Positions 28,086 through 36,364 of a stretch of DNA of 64,000 nucleotides are shown in pieces. The notes beneath the pieces are model-generated. The model was given only the letters and a program-made list of their open reading frames with translations, had not been told where the DNA came from and made no database searches. Both the position numbers and the translations under genes were made by a program. This stretch comes from Candidatus Latescibacterota bacterium (GTDB lineage Bacteria; Latescibacterota; UBA2968; UBA8231). How positions within the stretch are numbered: position 1 is the stretch's first letter; every line of letters begins with the position of its first letter. The stretch lies in contig OZ242005.1 in assembly GCA_965204725.1 (NCBI GenBank), positions 32,001 through 96,000 on the forward strand, written 5' to 3'.

Positions 28086-30341
28086 TCAGTACGTAGCATA
28101 ATGCACGGAGAGTCCATAAGAGCGGCCCGGCAGCGGGTAGCCCCACAGATCGGCTACTTGATTGTCGGTCAGGTTGTGCAGCGCCCAAGCCAAGGAGAAG
28201 CCCTCGACGAGCGGCACCCGGCCGCCGACATGGTAGAGGGCGCGGACGGGCACGGCGCGCAAATTGGCCCGGTCGAGGAAATGCCGGCTCTCGCGGCTAA
28301 ATTCGCCGTATAGGTCCGTGCGCCCTAGGTCGAGGGCTACGTGCGTATTGAGCCGATGGCGCGGCGCGTTGGGCAGGTCGTTGCCCCGTTCAAAAGAAAA
28401 CGGGGTGCGGTTTTGGGCGCGTTGGTACGCGTAATTGCCGCGGATGACCAGCCTCGGCAACAACCGCGCCTCGACTCGCGTCTCCACGCCGCGCAGCAGG
28501 GCGCGACCCAGATTGTGGGGCCGCGACACCCGCTGTGAGTTTTGCACAAAGCGAATGAGGTTTTCGACGCGATTGCGATAGTACGCGACCTCGGCCAAGA
28601 CCAGCCCCACTCCATCGGCGGCACCGCGAAAAACCACGCCCCAATCCGAGTTGTGCCCTTCTTCGCTGACGAGGTCGGTATTGCCGATCACCGCGCCCCG
28701 GTCGCCGAAGAGTTCAAAGAAATTCGGCGCGCGCTGATAGTGGCCGGTGTGGGCTTTAAGGGCCAAGCCCGCGCCTAAGTCCAAGAGTGCGCCGACGCGA
28801 TAGCCCCACAGGATTGCGCCGTTGTCGCGGCTCGGCAACACCGCGCTCGGCGCGAAGTCTTTCCGATCAAAAAAGCGGTCGGCAAGCCCTTCTGCTTGCG
28901 CCCCGGCATTGAGGGTCAAGCGCGGTCCCAACGGCACCTCTACCTCCGTGCCGAAGGCCAACGCTTGGCGGCGACTGCGCAAGAGCCGGCTGGCGGGCCG
29001 GAGCACGTCGTCGGGTGCGAAGGATTCGCGCCGAGCCGCGACAAAGGCGGTGAGCAGGGACTGGCCGGGCAGCAGGGCATTCACCTCGCCGCGCAGGCCC
29101 ACGCTCTCGGTGATGTTGCGGTCGTGCTGGCGGCCTAGGCCCACTTCGCCCTGCCGGTCTTGGTACTCGTCTTTGTCGCGTGAGTGGTGGGCTTTGAGCC
29201 GGTATCCGGTGCGGCCGGATCCCAGCGGGCCGAAGAGCGCGGCTTCGACGATATGACGCCACGTATCGTAGCGAGTGTGCAGGGACTGGTTGTTGCCTAG
29301 GCCGGGGATGCCTTTGGAACTCAGGTCAAAGGTATTGTGAACCTGCAAGCGGCTGGCGCCCAAGCTGCGCCCGATTTTGGCCAAGCCGCGCACGCCGCGA
29401 AAATCGCTGTTGAGCCGCCGCGCCCAGCCGTCGTCTTGGGCGTTGTACTCGGTGCCGTTGTCGTCCCAAAAGCGGAAGTCGTTGCGGCTGGCCCGGTAGT
29501 TGACCAATCCCAAGTACTCCCAACCCTTATACGGGCCGCTGAGCGAAGCGCCGAGTTGGCGGGTGCCGTGCGAACCGGAGGCCGTGTGCAAGCGCGTGCG
29601 GACTTTGCCCCCGAGTGGCTGGGTGCGGATGTGAACCACGCCGCCGATGCTGTTGCCCCCAAACCGCGCCGGCACGGCCCCCCGATATACATCGACGCTC
29701 TCGACGCCGCCGATGGGCAAACCGCCGAGGTCCACACCCCCGCCAACCGCCGAGTTGAGCGGCACCCCGTCGAGAAAAACTTGAACCTGTTCGGCCGTGG
29801 ACCCGCGAATGGAAAGGGTGCTAAAACTGCCCAACCCGCCGTAGCGACGGATGTTGACGCCGGTCGCTCGGTCGAGGATCTGCGCCAAGTCTGCACCGGG
29901 GGCTTGCGGGTTGGCGACGGTTTCGACGAACGCGGCAAGGTGCTCGCCAGCGGGGTCGCGGCGGGCGCGGACCACCAACTCGTCCATGAGCATGGGCAGG
30001 GATTGCAGGTGCAACTCGACCCAAGTGGGGGACGCGCCGATCTGGATGGGGGCTTGCAGCGGCCAGTAGCCCAGCCGTTCCACGCGCAAATCCCAAGTGC
30101 CGGTTGACAGATTTTCGAGGCGGAAGGCGCCGGTCGTATCGCTGCGGACGGCATGGACTGTGCCGGATGCGGACCGCAGCGTCAATACAGCACCGGACAC
30201 TGGGCGGCCCGCGTCTTGGTCGAGCAACCGGCCCTGTAGAGAGCCGGCGAGGAGGGCCGCGGGATGCAGGGCCAGCGAGAGAAAGACAATAAAAAAGCCC
30301 GCCCTCGAATAAGAGCGGGTCAGGGTGCTCGTGTTAGGCAC
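28086..30341 (-). CDS. btuB: TonB-dependent receptor, probable cobalamin importer
   Basis: N-terminal carboxypeptidase-regulatory-like domain; plug SIRGS...VFLDGVPLN...VDVYRG; C-terminal NLTD...GYPLPGRSY; directly follows a cobalamin riboswitch. Confidence 0.85.
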   Translation of the reverse strand: MPNTSTLTRSYSRAGFFIVFLSLALHPAALLAGSLQGRLLDQDAGRPVSGAVLTLRSASGTVHAVRSDTTGAFRLENLSTGTWDLRVERLGYWPLQAPIQIGASPTWVELHLQSLPMLMDELVVRARRDPAGEHLAAFVETVANPQAPGADLAQILDRATGVNIRRYGGLGSFSTLSIRGSTAEQVQVFLDGVPLNSAVGGGVDLGGLPIGGVESVDVYRGAVPARFGGNSIGGVVHIRTQPLGGKVRTRLHTASGSHGTRQLGASLSGPYKGWEYLGLVNYRASRNDFRFWDDNGTEYNAQDDGWARRLNSDFRGVRGLAKIGRSLGASRLQVHNTFDLSSKGIPGLGNNQSLHTRYDTWRHIVEAALFGPLGSGRTGYRLKAHHSRDKDEYQDRQGEVGLGRQHDRNITESVGLRGEVNALLPGQSLLTAFVAARRESFAPDDVLRPASRLLRSRRQALAFGTEVEVPLGPRLTLNAGAQAEGLADRFFDRKDFAPSAVLPSRDNGAILWGYRVGALLDLGAGLALKAHTGHYQRAPNFFELFGDRGAVIGNTDLVSEEGHNSDWGVVFRGAADGVGLVLAEVAYYRNRVENLIRFVQNSQRVSRPHNLGRALLRGVETRVEARLLPRLVIRGNYAYQRAQNRTPFSFERGNDLPNAPRHRLNTHVALDLGRTDLYGEFSRESRHFLDRANLRAVPVRALYHVGGRVPLVEGFSLAWALHNLTDNQVADLWGYPLPGRSYGLSVHYATY

Positions 30342-30384
30342 CGGTGGACCAACCTTTCTGCCGAAGGGTGTCGTTCACCTCGGT

Positions 30385-30570
30385 CGCAGGCAGGTCTCCT
30401 GACTTCCGGTATGTGCCGCCCGGCTCCTTCCCGAACCATTAGGTCAGTGGCTGACGCCGGGGACGCGACGGCCGGTGGGCCGTCAACCGGTCACAGTGGC
30501 GGGACCGCGGCAGATTTGCACTGCCTTCCCTATTCTCCCGCTGCCGTTTGGCAACGGACACCTGCGCCGT
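30385..30570 (-). ncRNA. Cobalamin riboswitch
   Basis: Minus strand reads GGTG...AATAGGGAA..GTGCAAAT..CGCGGTCCCGCCACTGTGA...GCCACTG...GGGAAGG...AAGTCAGGAGACCTGCC (B12 box). Confidence 0.93.
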
Positions 30571-30582
30571 TTTGGTTCGGCT

Positions 30583-30611
30583 ATTAAAAGGGCCGAGTTG
30601 GAATCTGTCAA
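30583..30611 (-). promoter_or_regulatory. sigma70-type promoter of the B12 operon
   Basis: TTGACA-17 nt-TTTAAT immediately 5' of the riboswitch. Confidence 0.7.
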
Positions 30612-30748
30612 GGGCGAACTGAAAATACCGACGGGATTCCCGCGGCCAAACGCGCCGCAAGGTCGGCTAGCAGCAGGCTTCTTTTCTGACTAAAACGTGC
30701 AGTTTTTCTTGACACGCTGTTTCTATTCAAGTATCAAGTGTATTGTAA

Positions 30749-30883
30749 GAGGCTGTCTGAAAACCCACTTTGGGGCATGTTGAACACGCCGTAGAGACGA
30801 GGTCCGTCATTCCCGCGCAAGCGGGAATCCAGCCGGGATCGGTTAGACGCAAAGGACGACCCCCAGAGTTTTCAGACAGCTTC
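30749..30883. mobile_element. 135-bp MITE with IS5-family-like TIRs, containing a REP-like hairpin
   Basis: TIRs GAGGCTGTCTGAAAAC / GTTTTCAGACAGCTTC (15/16 match); TAA on both flanks (3-bp TSD); internal GTCATTCCCGCGCAAGCGGGAATCCAG. Confidence 0.8.
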
Positions 30884-30986
30884 TAAGCCGTGCTTTGGCG
30901 GCGAATTTGGTGCCGCCGATTGGAGGATGAACGAGAACATGGTTGAGCATTCCATTTTCCTAACCTCCGTAAAAAGGAGCAAAAAA

Positions 30987-32762
30987 ATGCCGTCGTTGAA
31001 CCAGATAAAGATCAAGTTCGTGTTCGTCCTTTTCGTCGTCGGTGCTTGGATTGGCTGCTCCGACGCCCCGCCGGTCGCCCCTCGTCCTGCGGGCAAAGCC
31101 ACCTGTGCCTTGTGCGATTTCTTGGGCGACGAGAAATACACCGCAGCCGACGGGCAGGGGCCCACCGAAAGCCCCGACAGCACCCAGACCGAAGCCGAGG
31201 CCGCGACCGAAGCCGAAACCGATAGCACCCAATCGGCCACCGTTTCGTTCGACGACGCCAATCTAGAGCGTGCGGTGCGGGAAGCACTGGACCGCCCGCA
31301 AGGAACCCTTACCACGGCGGATCTGGATTCCCTGACCGTGCTCGACGCGAGCGATAGAGACATTCAGAGCTTGGCCGGTCTCGAACACGCAACGGCGTTG
31401 CGAGAGCTATATCTGCGGCGCAACGAAATTACGGATGTCCAGCCGCTGGCCAGCCTGACCAACCTGCAATCGCTGTCGCTATGGGGCAATGAGATTGCGG
31501 ATGTCCAGCCGTTGGCTAGCCTGACCAATTTGCGAAAGCTGTCGCTATGGGGTAACGAGATTGCGGATGTCCAGCCGCTAGCCAGCCTAACGAACCTCCA
31601 ATGGCTTCAGCTAGGGGACAACGAGATCGCGGATGTAAGTCCGTTGGCCAGCCTAACGAACCTCTACTGGCTGGGCGTGGTGGACAACGCCCTCAGCGAA
31701 CACGCCGTCAACGAACAGCTCTCCGACTTGATGGAAGGGGGCATCCGCGTCCAAACGGAAGCGGAAACGGGAATGGCCGCCAGTTTGTTCGCCGACGCCA
31801 ATCTAGAGCATGAAGTGCGGGTGGCACTGGATCGCCTGCAAGGGACCCTTTATCCGGCAGACCTAGCTTCCCTGACCGTGCTCAGGGCGAACAATAGAAA
31901 CATTCGGAGCTTGGCCGGCCTCCAACACGCGACGGCTTTGGACTCTCTGTTTCTGTACGAAAACGCGATTACGAATGTGCAGCCGCTGGCCAGCCTGACC
32001 AACCTGCAAAAGCTGTTCCTGTACGACAACGCGATTACAGATGTAAGTCCGTTGGCCAGCCTAACCAATCTGCGCGATCTGTATCTGTACGACAACGCGA
32101 TTACAGATGTAAGTCCGTTGGCTAGCCTAACCAATCTGCGCGATCTGTATCTGTTCGAAAACGCGATTACAGATGTAAGTCCGTTGGCCAGCCTAACCAA
32201 TCTGCGAGGGCTGTTTCTGTACGACAACGCGATTACAGATGTAAGTCCGTTGGCTAGCCTAACCAACCTGCGAGGGCTCGGGCTGAACAACAATGCGATT
32301 ACGGATGTGCAGCCGTTGGCTAGCCTGACCAACTTGCAAGTGCTGCAAGGGGACAACGCGATTACGGATGTGCAGCCGTTGGCTGGCCTAACCAACCTGA
32401 TAGTGCTGTCGCTGGGCGACAACGCGATTACGGATGTGCAGCCGTTGGCTAGCCTAACCAACTTGGAAACGCTATGGCTGAACAACAACGCGATTACGGA
32501 TGTGCAGCCGTTGGCTAGCCTAACCAACTTGGAAACGCTATGGCTGAACAACAACGCGATTACGGATGTGCAGCCGTTGGCTAGCCTAACAACCAACTTG
32601 GGATGGCTATATCTGAGGAACAACGAAATTACGGATGTGAGTCCGTTGGTGGGCCTGACCAACCTGACCCACCTGTCGCTGGAAAACAATCCCCTCAGCG
32701 CAGCATCAACCGGCACACACATCCCCGCCATGCAGGCAAACGGCGTCTCGGTAAGCTATTGA
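30987..32762 (+). CDS. Internalin-like leucine-rich repeat lipoprotein
   Basis: Lipobox WIGC; two FxDANLE..VR cap domains; 22-aa LRRs (LxxLxLxxNxITDVxPLASLTN); RBS AAGGAG. Confidence 0.92.
   Translation: MPSLNQIKIKFVFVLFVVGAWIGCSDAPPVAPRPAGKATCALCDFLGDEKYTAADGQGPTESPDSTQTEAEAATEAETDSTQSATVSFDDANLERAVREALDRPQGTLTTADLDSLTVLDASDRDIQSLAGLEHATALRELYLRRNEITDVQPLASLTNLQSLSLWGNEIADVQPLASLTNLRKLSLWGNEIADVQPLASLTNLQWLQLGDNEIADVSPLASLTNLYWLGVVDNALSEHAVNEQLSDLMEGGIRVQTEAETGMAASLFADANLEHEVRVALDRLQGTLYPADLASLTVLRANNRNIRSLAGLQHATALDSLFLYENAITNVQPLASLTNLQKLFLYDNAITDVSPLASLTNLRDLYLYDNAITDVSPLASLTNLRDLYLFENAITDVSPLASLTNLRGLFLYDNAITDVSPLASLTNLRGLGLNNNAITDVQPLASLTNLQVLQGDNAITDVQPLAGLTNLIVLSLGDNAITDVQPLASLTNLETLWLNNNAITDVQPLASLTNLETLWLNNNAITDVQPLASLTTNLGWLYLRNNEITDVSPLVGLTNLTHLSLENNPLSAASTGTHIPAMQANGVSVSY
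31041..31836 (+). repeat. ~0.8-kb segment apparently identical to 32914-33709
   Basis: Visual alignment of the two LRR genes at constant offset 1873. Confidence 0.85.
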
Positions 32763-32856
32763 GGACATCAAGGCGATTCGCAAAGTTTTTAGTAGCCCTC
32801 TGAAGTCTTTATCCGAGTTCTCATTTCCCCTAACCGCCGTAAAAAGGAGCAAAAAA

Positions 32857-34449
32857 ATGCCGTCGTTGAAACGAATAAAAATCAAGTCCGTGTTCATCCT
32901 CTTAGGCGTCGTTGGTGCTTGGATTGGCTGCTCCGACGCCCCGCCGGTCGCCCCTCGTCCTGCGGGCAAAGCCACCTGTGCCTTGTGCGATTTCTTGGGC
33001 GACGAGAAATACACCGCAGCCGACGGGCAGGGGCCCACCGAAAGCCCCGACAGCACCCAGACCGAAGCCGAGGCCGCGACCGAAGCCGAAACCGATAGCA
33101 CCCAATCGGCCACCGTTTCGTTCGACGACGCCAATCTAGAGCGTGCGGTGCGGGAAGCACTGGACCGCCCGCAAGGAACCCTTACCACGGCGGATCTGGA
33201 TTCCCTGACCGTGCTCGACGCGAGCGATAGAGACATTCAGAGCTTGGCCGGTCTCGAACACGCAACGGCGTTGCGAGAGCTATATCTGCGGCGCAACGAA
33301 ATTACGGATGTCCAGCCGCTGGCCAGCCTGACCAACCTGCAATCGCTGTCGCTATGGGGCAATGAGATTGCGGATGTCCAGCCGTTGGCTAGCCTGACCA
33401 ATTTGCGAAAGCTGTCGCTATGGGGTAACGAGATTGCGGATGTCCAGCCGCTAGCCAGCCTAACGAACCTCCAATGGCTTCAGCTAGGGGACAACGAGAT
33501 CGCGGATGTAAGTCCGTTGGCCAGCCTAACGAACCTCTACTGGCTGGGCGTGGTGGACAACGCCCTCAGCGAACACGCCGTCAACGAACAGCTCTCCGAC
33601 TTGATGGAAGGGGGCATCCGCGTCCAAACGGAAGCGGAAACGGGAATGGCCGCCAGTTTGTTCGCCGACGCCAATCTAGAGCATGAAGTGCGGGTGGCAC
33701 TGGATCGCCCGCAAGGGACTCTTTACCCGGCAGATCTGGCTTCTCTGACCCAGCTCGACGCACGTAATAGAAACATTCGGAGCTTGGCCGGCCTCCAACA
33801 CGCTACGGCTCTGCAACGCCTGTGGCTGGCGGGTAACACGATTAAGAATGTGAGTCCGTTGGCAAGCCTGACCAACCTAGGGTTGCTACAGATAGAGGAA
33901 AACGCGATTGCGGACGTGAGTCCGTTGGCAGACCTAACCAGCTTATATTGGCTGTCGCTGTGGGACAACGCGATTACGGACATCAAGCCGTTGGCAAACC
34001 TGACCAACTTGAACTTGCTAGAGATAGGGGACAACGCGATTGCGGACGTAAGTCCATTGGCAGGCCTAACCAACTTGGATGGACTGGCTCTGAATCACAA
34101 CGCGATTACGGATGTGAGTCCGCTCGCCAGCCTGATCAACTTGGTATCGCTGCAGCTACAGTCCAACAAGATTACAGATGTGAGTCCATTGACCAACATG
34201 ACCGACCTGCGCGATCTGTATCTATCGGGCAACAAGATTACAGATGTGAGTCCATTGACCAGCATGACCAACTTGGGGACGCTGTCGCTGTCCTACAACG
34301 AAATTACGGATGTGAGTCCGTTGGTGAGCCTGACCAACTTGAGGACGCTACAGCTATACAACAATCCCCTCAGCGCAGCATCAATCAGCACACACATCCC
34401 CGCCATGCAAGCAAACGACGTCACGGTAAACTATGGGAATATTCCTTAG
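32857..34449 (+). CDS. Internalin-like leucine-rich repeat lipoprotein (paralogue)
   Basis: Same N-terminal half as the upstream gene, a different second LRR block, and a shared C-cap NNPLSAASI/T.THIPAMQAN. Confidence 0.92.
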   Translation: MPSLKRIKIKSVFILLGVVGAWIGCSDAPPVAPRPAGKATCALCDFLGDEKYTAADGQGPTESPDSTQTEAEAATEAETDSTQSATVSFDDANLERAVREALDRPQGTLTTADLDSLTVLDASDRDIQSLAGLEHATALRELYLRRNEITDVQPLASLTNLQSLSLWGNEIADVQPLASLTNLRKLSLWGNEIADVQPLASLTNLQWLQLGDNEIADVSPLASLTNLYWLGVVDNALSEHAVNEQLSDLMEGGIRVQTEAETGMAASLFADANLEHEVRVALDRPQGTLYPADLASLTQLDARNRNIRSLAGLQHATALQRLWLAGNTIKNVSPLASLTNLGLLQIEENAIADVSPLADLTSLYWLSLWDNAITDIKPLANLTNLNLLEIGDNAIADVSPLAGLTNLDGLALNHNAITDVSPLASLINLVSLQLQSNKITDVSPLTNMTDLRDLYLSGNKITDVSPLTSMTNLGTLSLSYNEITDVSPLVSLTNLRTLQLYNNPLSAASISTHIPAMQANDVTVNYGNIP

Positions 34450-34518
34450 CCGAACACGCCTTTGGCATCATAGAACGGCAGCATCCGACTTGGTGGGATT
34501 TATAGGAAGACACGGTTT

Positions 34519-34575
34519 GACTGGATTCCCGCCCCGTGTCGGGGCACGGGGTGACGTTCTTGCGCGAGAATGACG
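34519..34575. repeat. Nested REP-like palindrome, inverted copy of 20918-20974
   Basis: GACTGGATTCCCGCCCCGTGTCGGGGCACGGGGTGACGTTCTTGCGCGAGAATGACG. Confidence 0.8.
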
Positions 34576-34594
34576 AAAAAATGCGTCGCCCAGA

Positions 34595-34908
34595 TCAATC
34601 AATTTCGCGTCTTTCACCCACGTCCTCCACCCCAGCCCGCAACAACTCAGCCACGCTCCACGCTTGAGCGATGCAGCCGCGCGGCGCAAAAGGCGGCTCG
34701 GCGTCAAATATCTCCGAAACCGTGCCCAAGCCCGCTTCGTGCAGGTGTTCAGCAAAGCCGTCGAGGAGGGCGCGGGCCACGCTGACGATCCGCCCGGCCA
34801 TGACAACGACAGAGGGCGGTGATGTACGGCCCGATCAGCCATGCCCACACCGTGCCTTGGTGATACGCGCCATCGCGCTCCCAAGGGCCGCCCGCATATC
34901 GGGCGCAG
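34595..34908 (-). pseudogene. Duplicated, frameshifted 3' end of the amylo-alpha-1,6-glucosidase gene
   Basis: 34612-34908 matches 36382-36677 with about 8 substitutions and one 1-bp insertion (manual count); ends [11 protein letters not shown]. Confidence 0.9.
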
Positions 34909-35298
34909 CTACCGCGCCCCCGCGATCAATTGCTTCAGGTTACTCCACGTCCACTCATAAACCTTGTCTGAGCGGCGTGCCATGGCAGGTTTATGACATA
35001 CCTTCTTGGGGCGTCCCCACAGCAAAAAATATGGCTTCTGTTCTTCTTGAGTGATGGTTAGCTCAGCAGCCACACCCTTTGCATCATGGGTATGTTCGCC
35101 GCAAATGACGATGGTAAGGTCTGTCTCACATATACGCTCTCTCACCTTATCCTTCCATTTTTCGGCGAATGGTTCCTGCAAGGAATAATCTACAATCTCG
35201 AATGGCGAATCAGGATTTTTCGCTTGGCCCACCAAAGCATCTCGTAGCTCTGCATCGTGGTCGAAGTCGAAACTGATAAAGGCGCGTTTTGTGCTCAT
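34909..35298 (-). CDS. TIR domain protein (MTH538/DUF1863, ThsB-like)
   Basis: [27 protein letters not shown] (putative catalytic Glu), KPYFLLWG. Confidence 0.85.
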   Translation of the reverse strand: MSTKRAFISFDFDHDAELRDALVGQAKNPDSPFEIVDYSLQEPFAEKWKDKVRERICETDLTIVICGEHTHDAKGVAAELTITQEEQKPYFLLWGRPKKVCHKPAMARRSDKVYEWTWSNLKQLIAGAR

Positions 35299-35358
35299 TG
35301 TCTAGTCTCCTTATACACTGAGGTTGTAGTATCTGATTGATTACATTACTTCAGACAT

Positions 35359-36147
35359 TTAGCTAAGGCAAGATCGAACAGTTTCTTGAATCACATCAAT
35401 GGGAACTACCACTGCCAAACCCGAATTCTCTTGGAAAACCATTCTTCTTTGACCAGTTTGCTTGCTTATCGCAACATCTTCATAAGGGATGTATGAAGAA
35501 ACCATCCCGAGCAAAAGCGAGCTCATAATGGACTGTGTATTAGTGATACGAATTTGTTCTGGTTTGGTTACTACTGGTCCTCCACTGTTCCCCGGAAATA
35601 TAAAAGAATCAATCAGTATATTTGGGTTTCCCTGAAACCAATCTTGAATACGCGCTATAGTACCGTGACGAACGATTGTGTAATTTCGTTCCTCCCCAGC
35701 CAAACCCATTGGAAAGCCGAGGACAAAAACCCCATCGCCTTCACTGATTCGTTGGCTTGCTTCTTCCCGTAAAATTGCATCTTCATTTCCTCGAAAAACT
35801 TCAACCTCAATCCCATATTGCTCTAATATTTCTATAGGGATAGGTATAACTGCTACATCAGCATCTCTGGGGTGTGTAGTCCACCGTGCTGAGCCATCCT
35901 CTGCCTTTGATTCTATAGAGAATATCTGTGAAGGACTATTTAGGGGGCGATTAAAGCGAGCTACTATGACATCAGAACCTTCAACTACGTGGCGGTTTGT
36001 TACTAAGAAAACTTTGAAATTCTGCTCGCTATCGTTTAGCTCTTTTCTCAACAGGAAGCCTGTTGCTATATACTCAACCTCATTTTCTTCTATTGGGATT
36101 CCTAAAGCAACAACTGCGTTTAGATATTTGGGTGGGATGAGTGCCAT
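35359..36147 (-). CDS. Trypsin-like (S1) serine protease, no signal peptide
   Basis: ATGFL; catalytic triad in LVTNRHVV (H), DADVAVI (D) and FPGNSGGPV (S); AT-rich. Confidence 0.88.
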   Translation of the reverse strand: MALIPPKYLNAVVALGIPIEENEVEYIATGFLLRKELNDSEQNFKVFLVTNRHVVEGSDVIVARFNRPLNSPSQIFSIESKAEDGSARWTTHPRDADVAVIPIPIEILEQYGIEVEVFRGNEDAILREEASQRISEGDGVFVLGFPMGLAGEERNYTIVRHGTIARIQDWFQGNPNILIDSFIFPGNSGGPVVTKPEQIRITNTQSIMSSLLLGMVSSYIPYEDVAISKQTGQRRMVFQENSGLAVVVPIDVIQETVRSCLS

Positions 36148-36364
36148 AGCGATTCCCCTGAATTTATCTGAAAACCTTCATGCCATAGCTTATTGATGAG
36201 TACGCCTAGCGAACAATATACCACCGCTAGGACCGCCACGCAATGGCATCTAATCGAATCGTTGCGGCCGCCGCTCACCTAGCAGCCGGGCGGTCCGAGA
36301 TCAACGATCTGCATGCGACCAGTCAAGCCCTTTATCAGATATAGGCCGATGCAGATACACAACG

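Noticed and set aside
30606-30714. TGTCAA...TTGACA inverted pairs (also 48651-48749) as element ends
   Set aside because: Better explained as -35 boxes of divergent promoters.
31960-32690. Regular 66-bp repeats with variable inserts, resembling a CRISPR array
   Set aside because: They are in-frame 22-aa LRR codons inside an ORF, and there are no cas genes.
34909-35298. Calling the TIR gene a Thoeris system
   Set aside because: No ThsA-type effector is adjacent.
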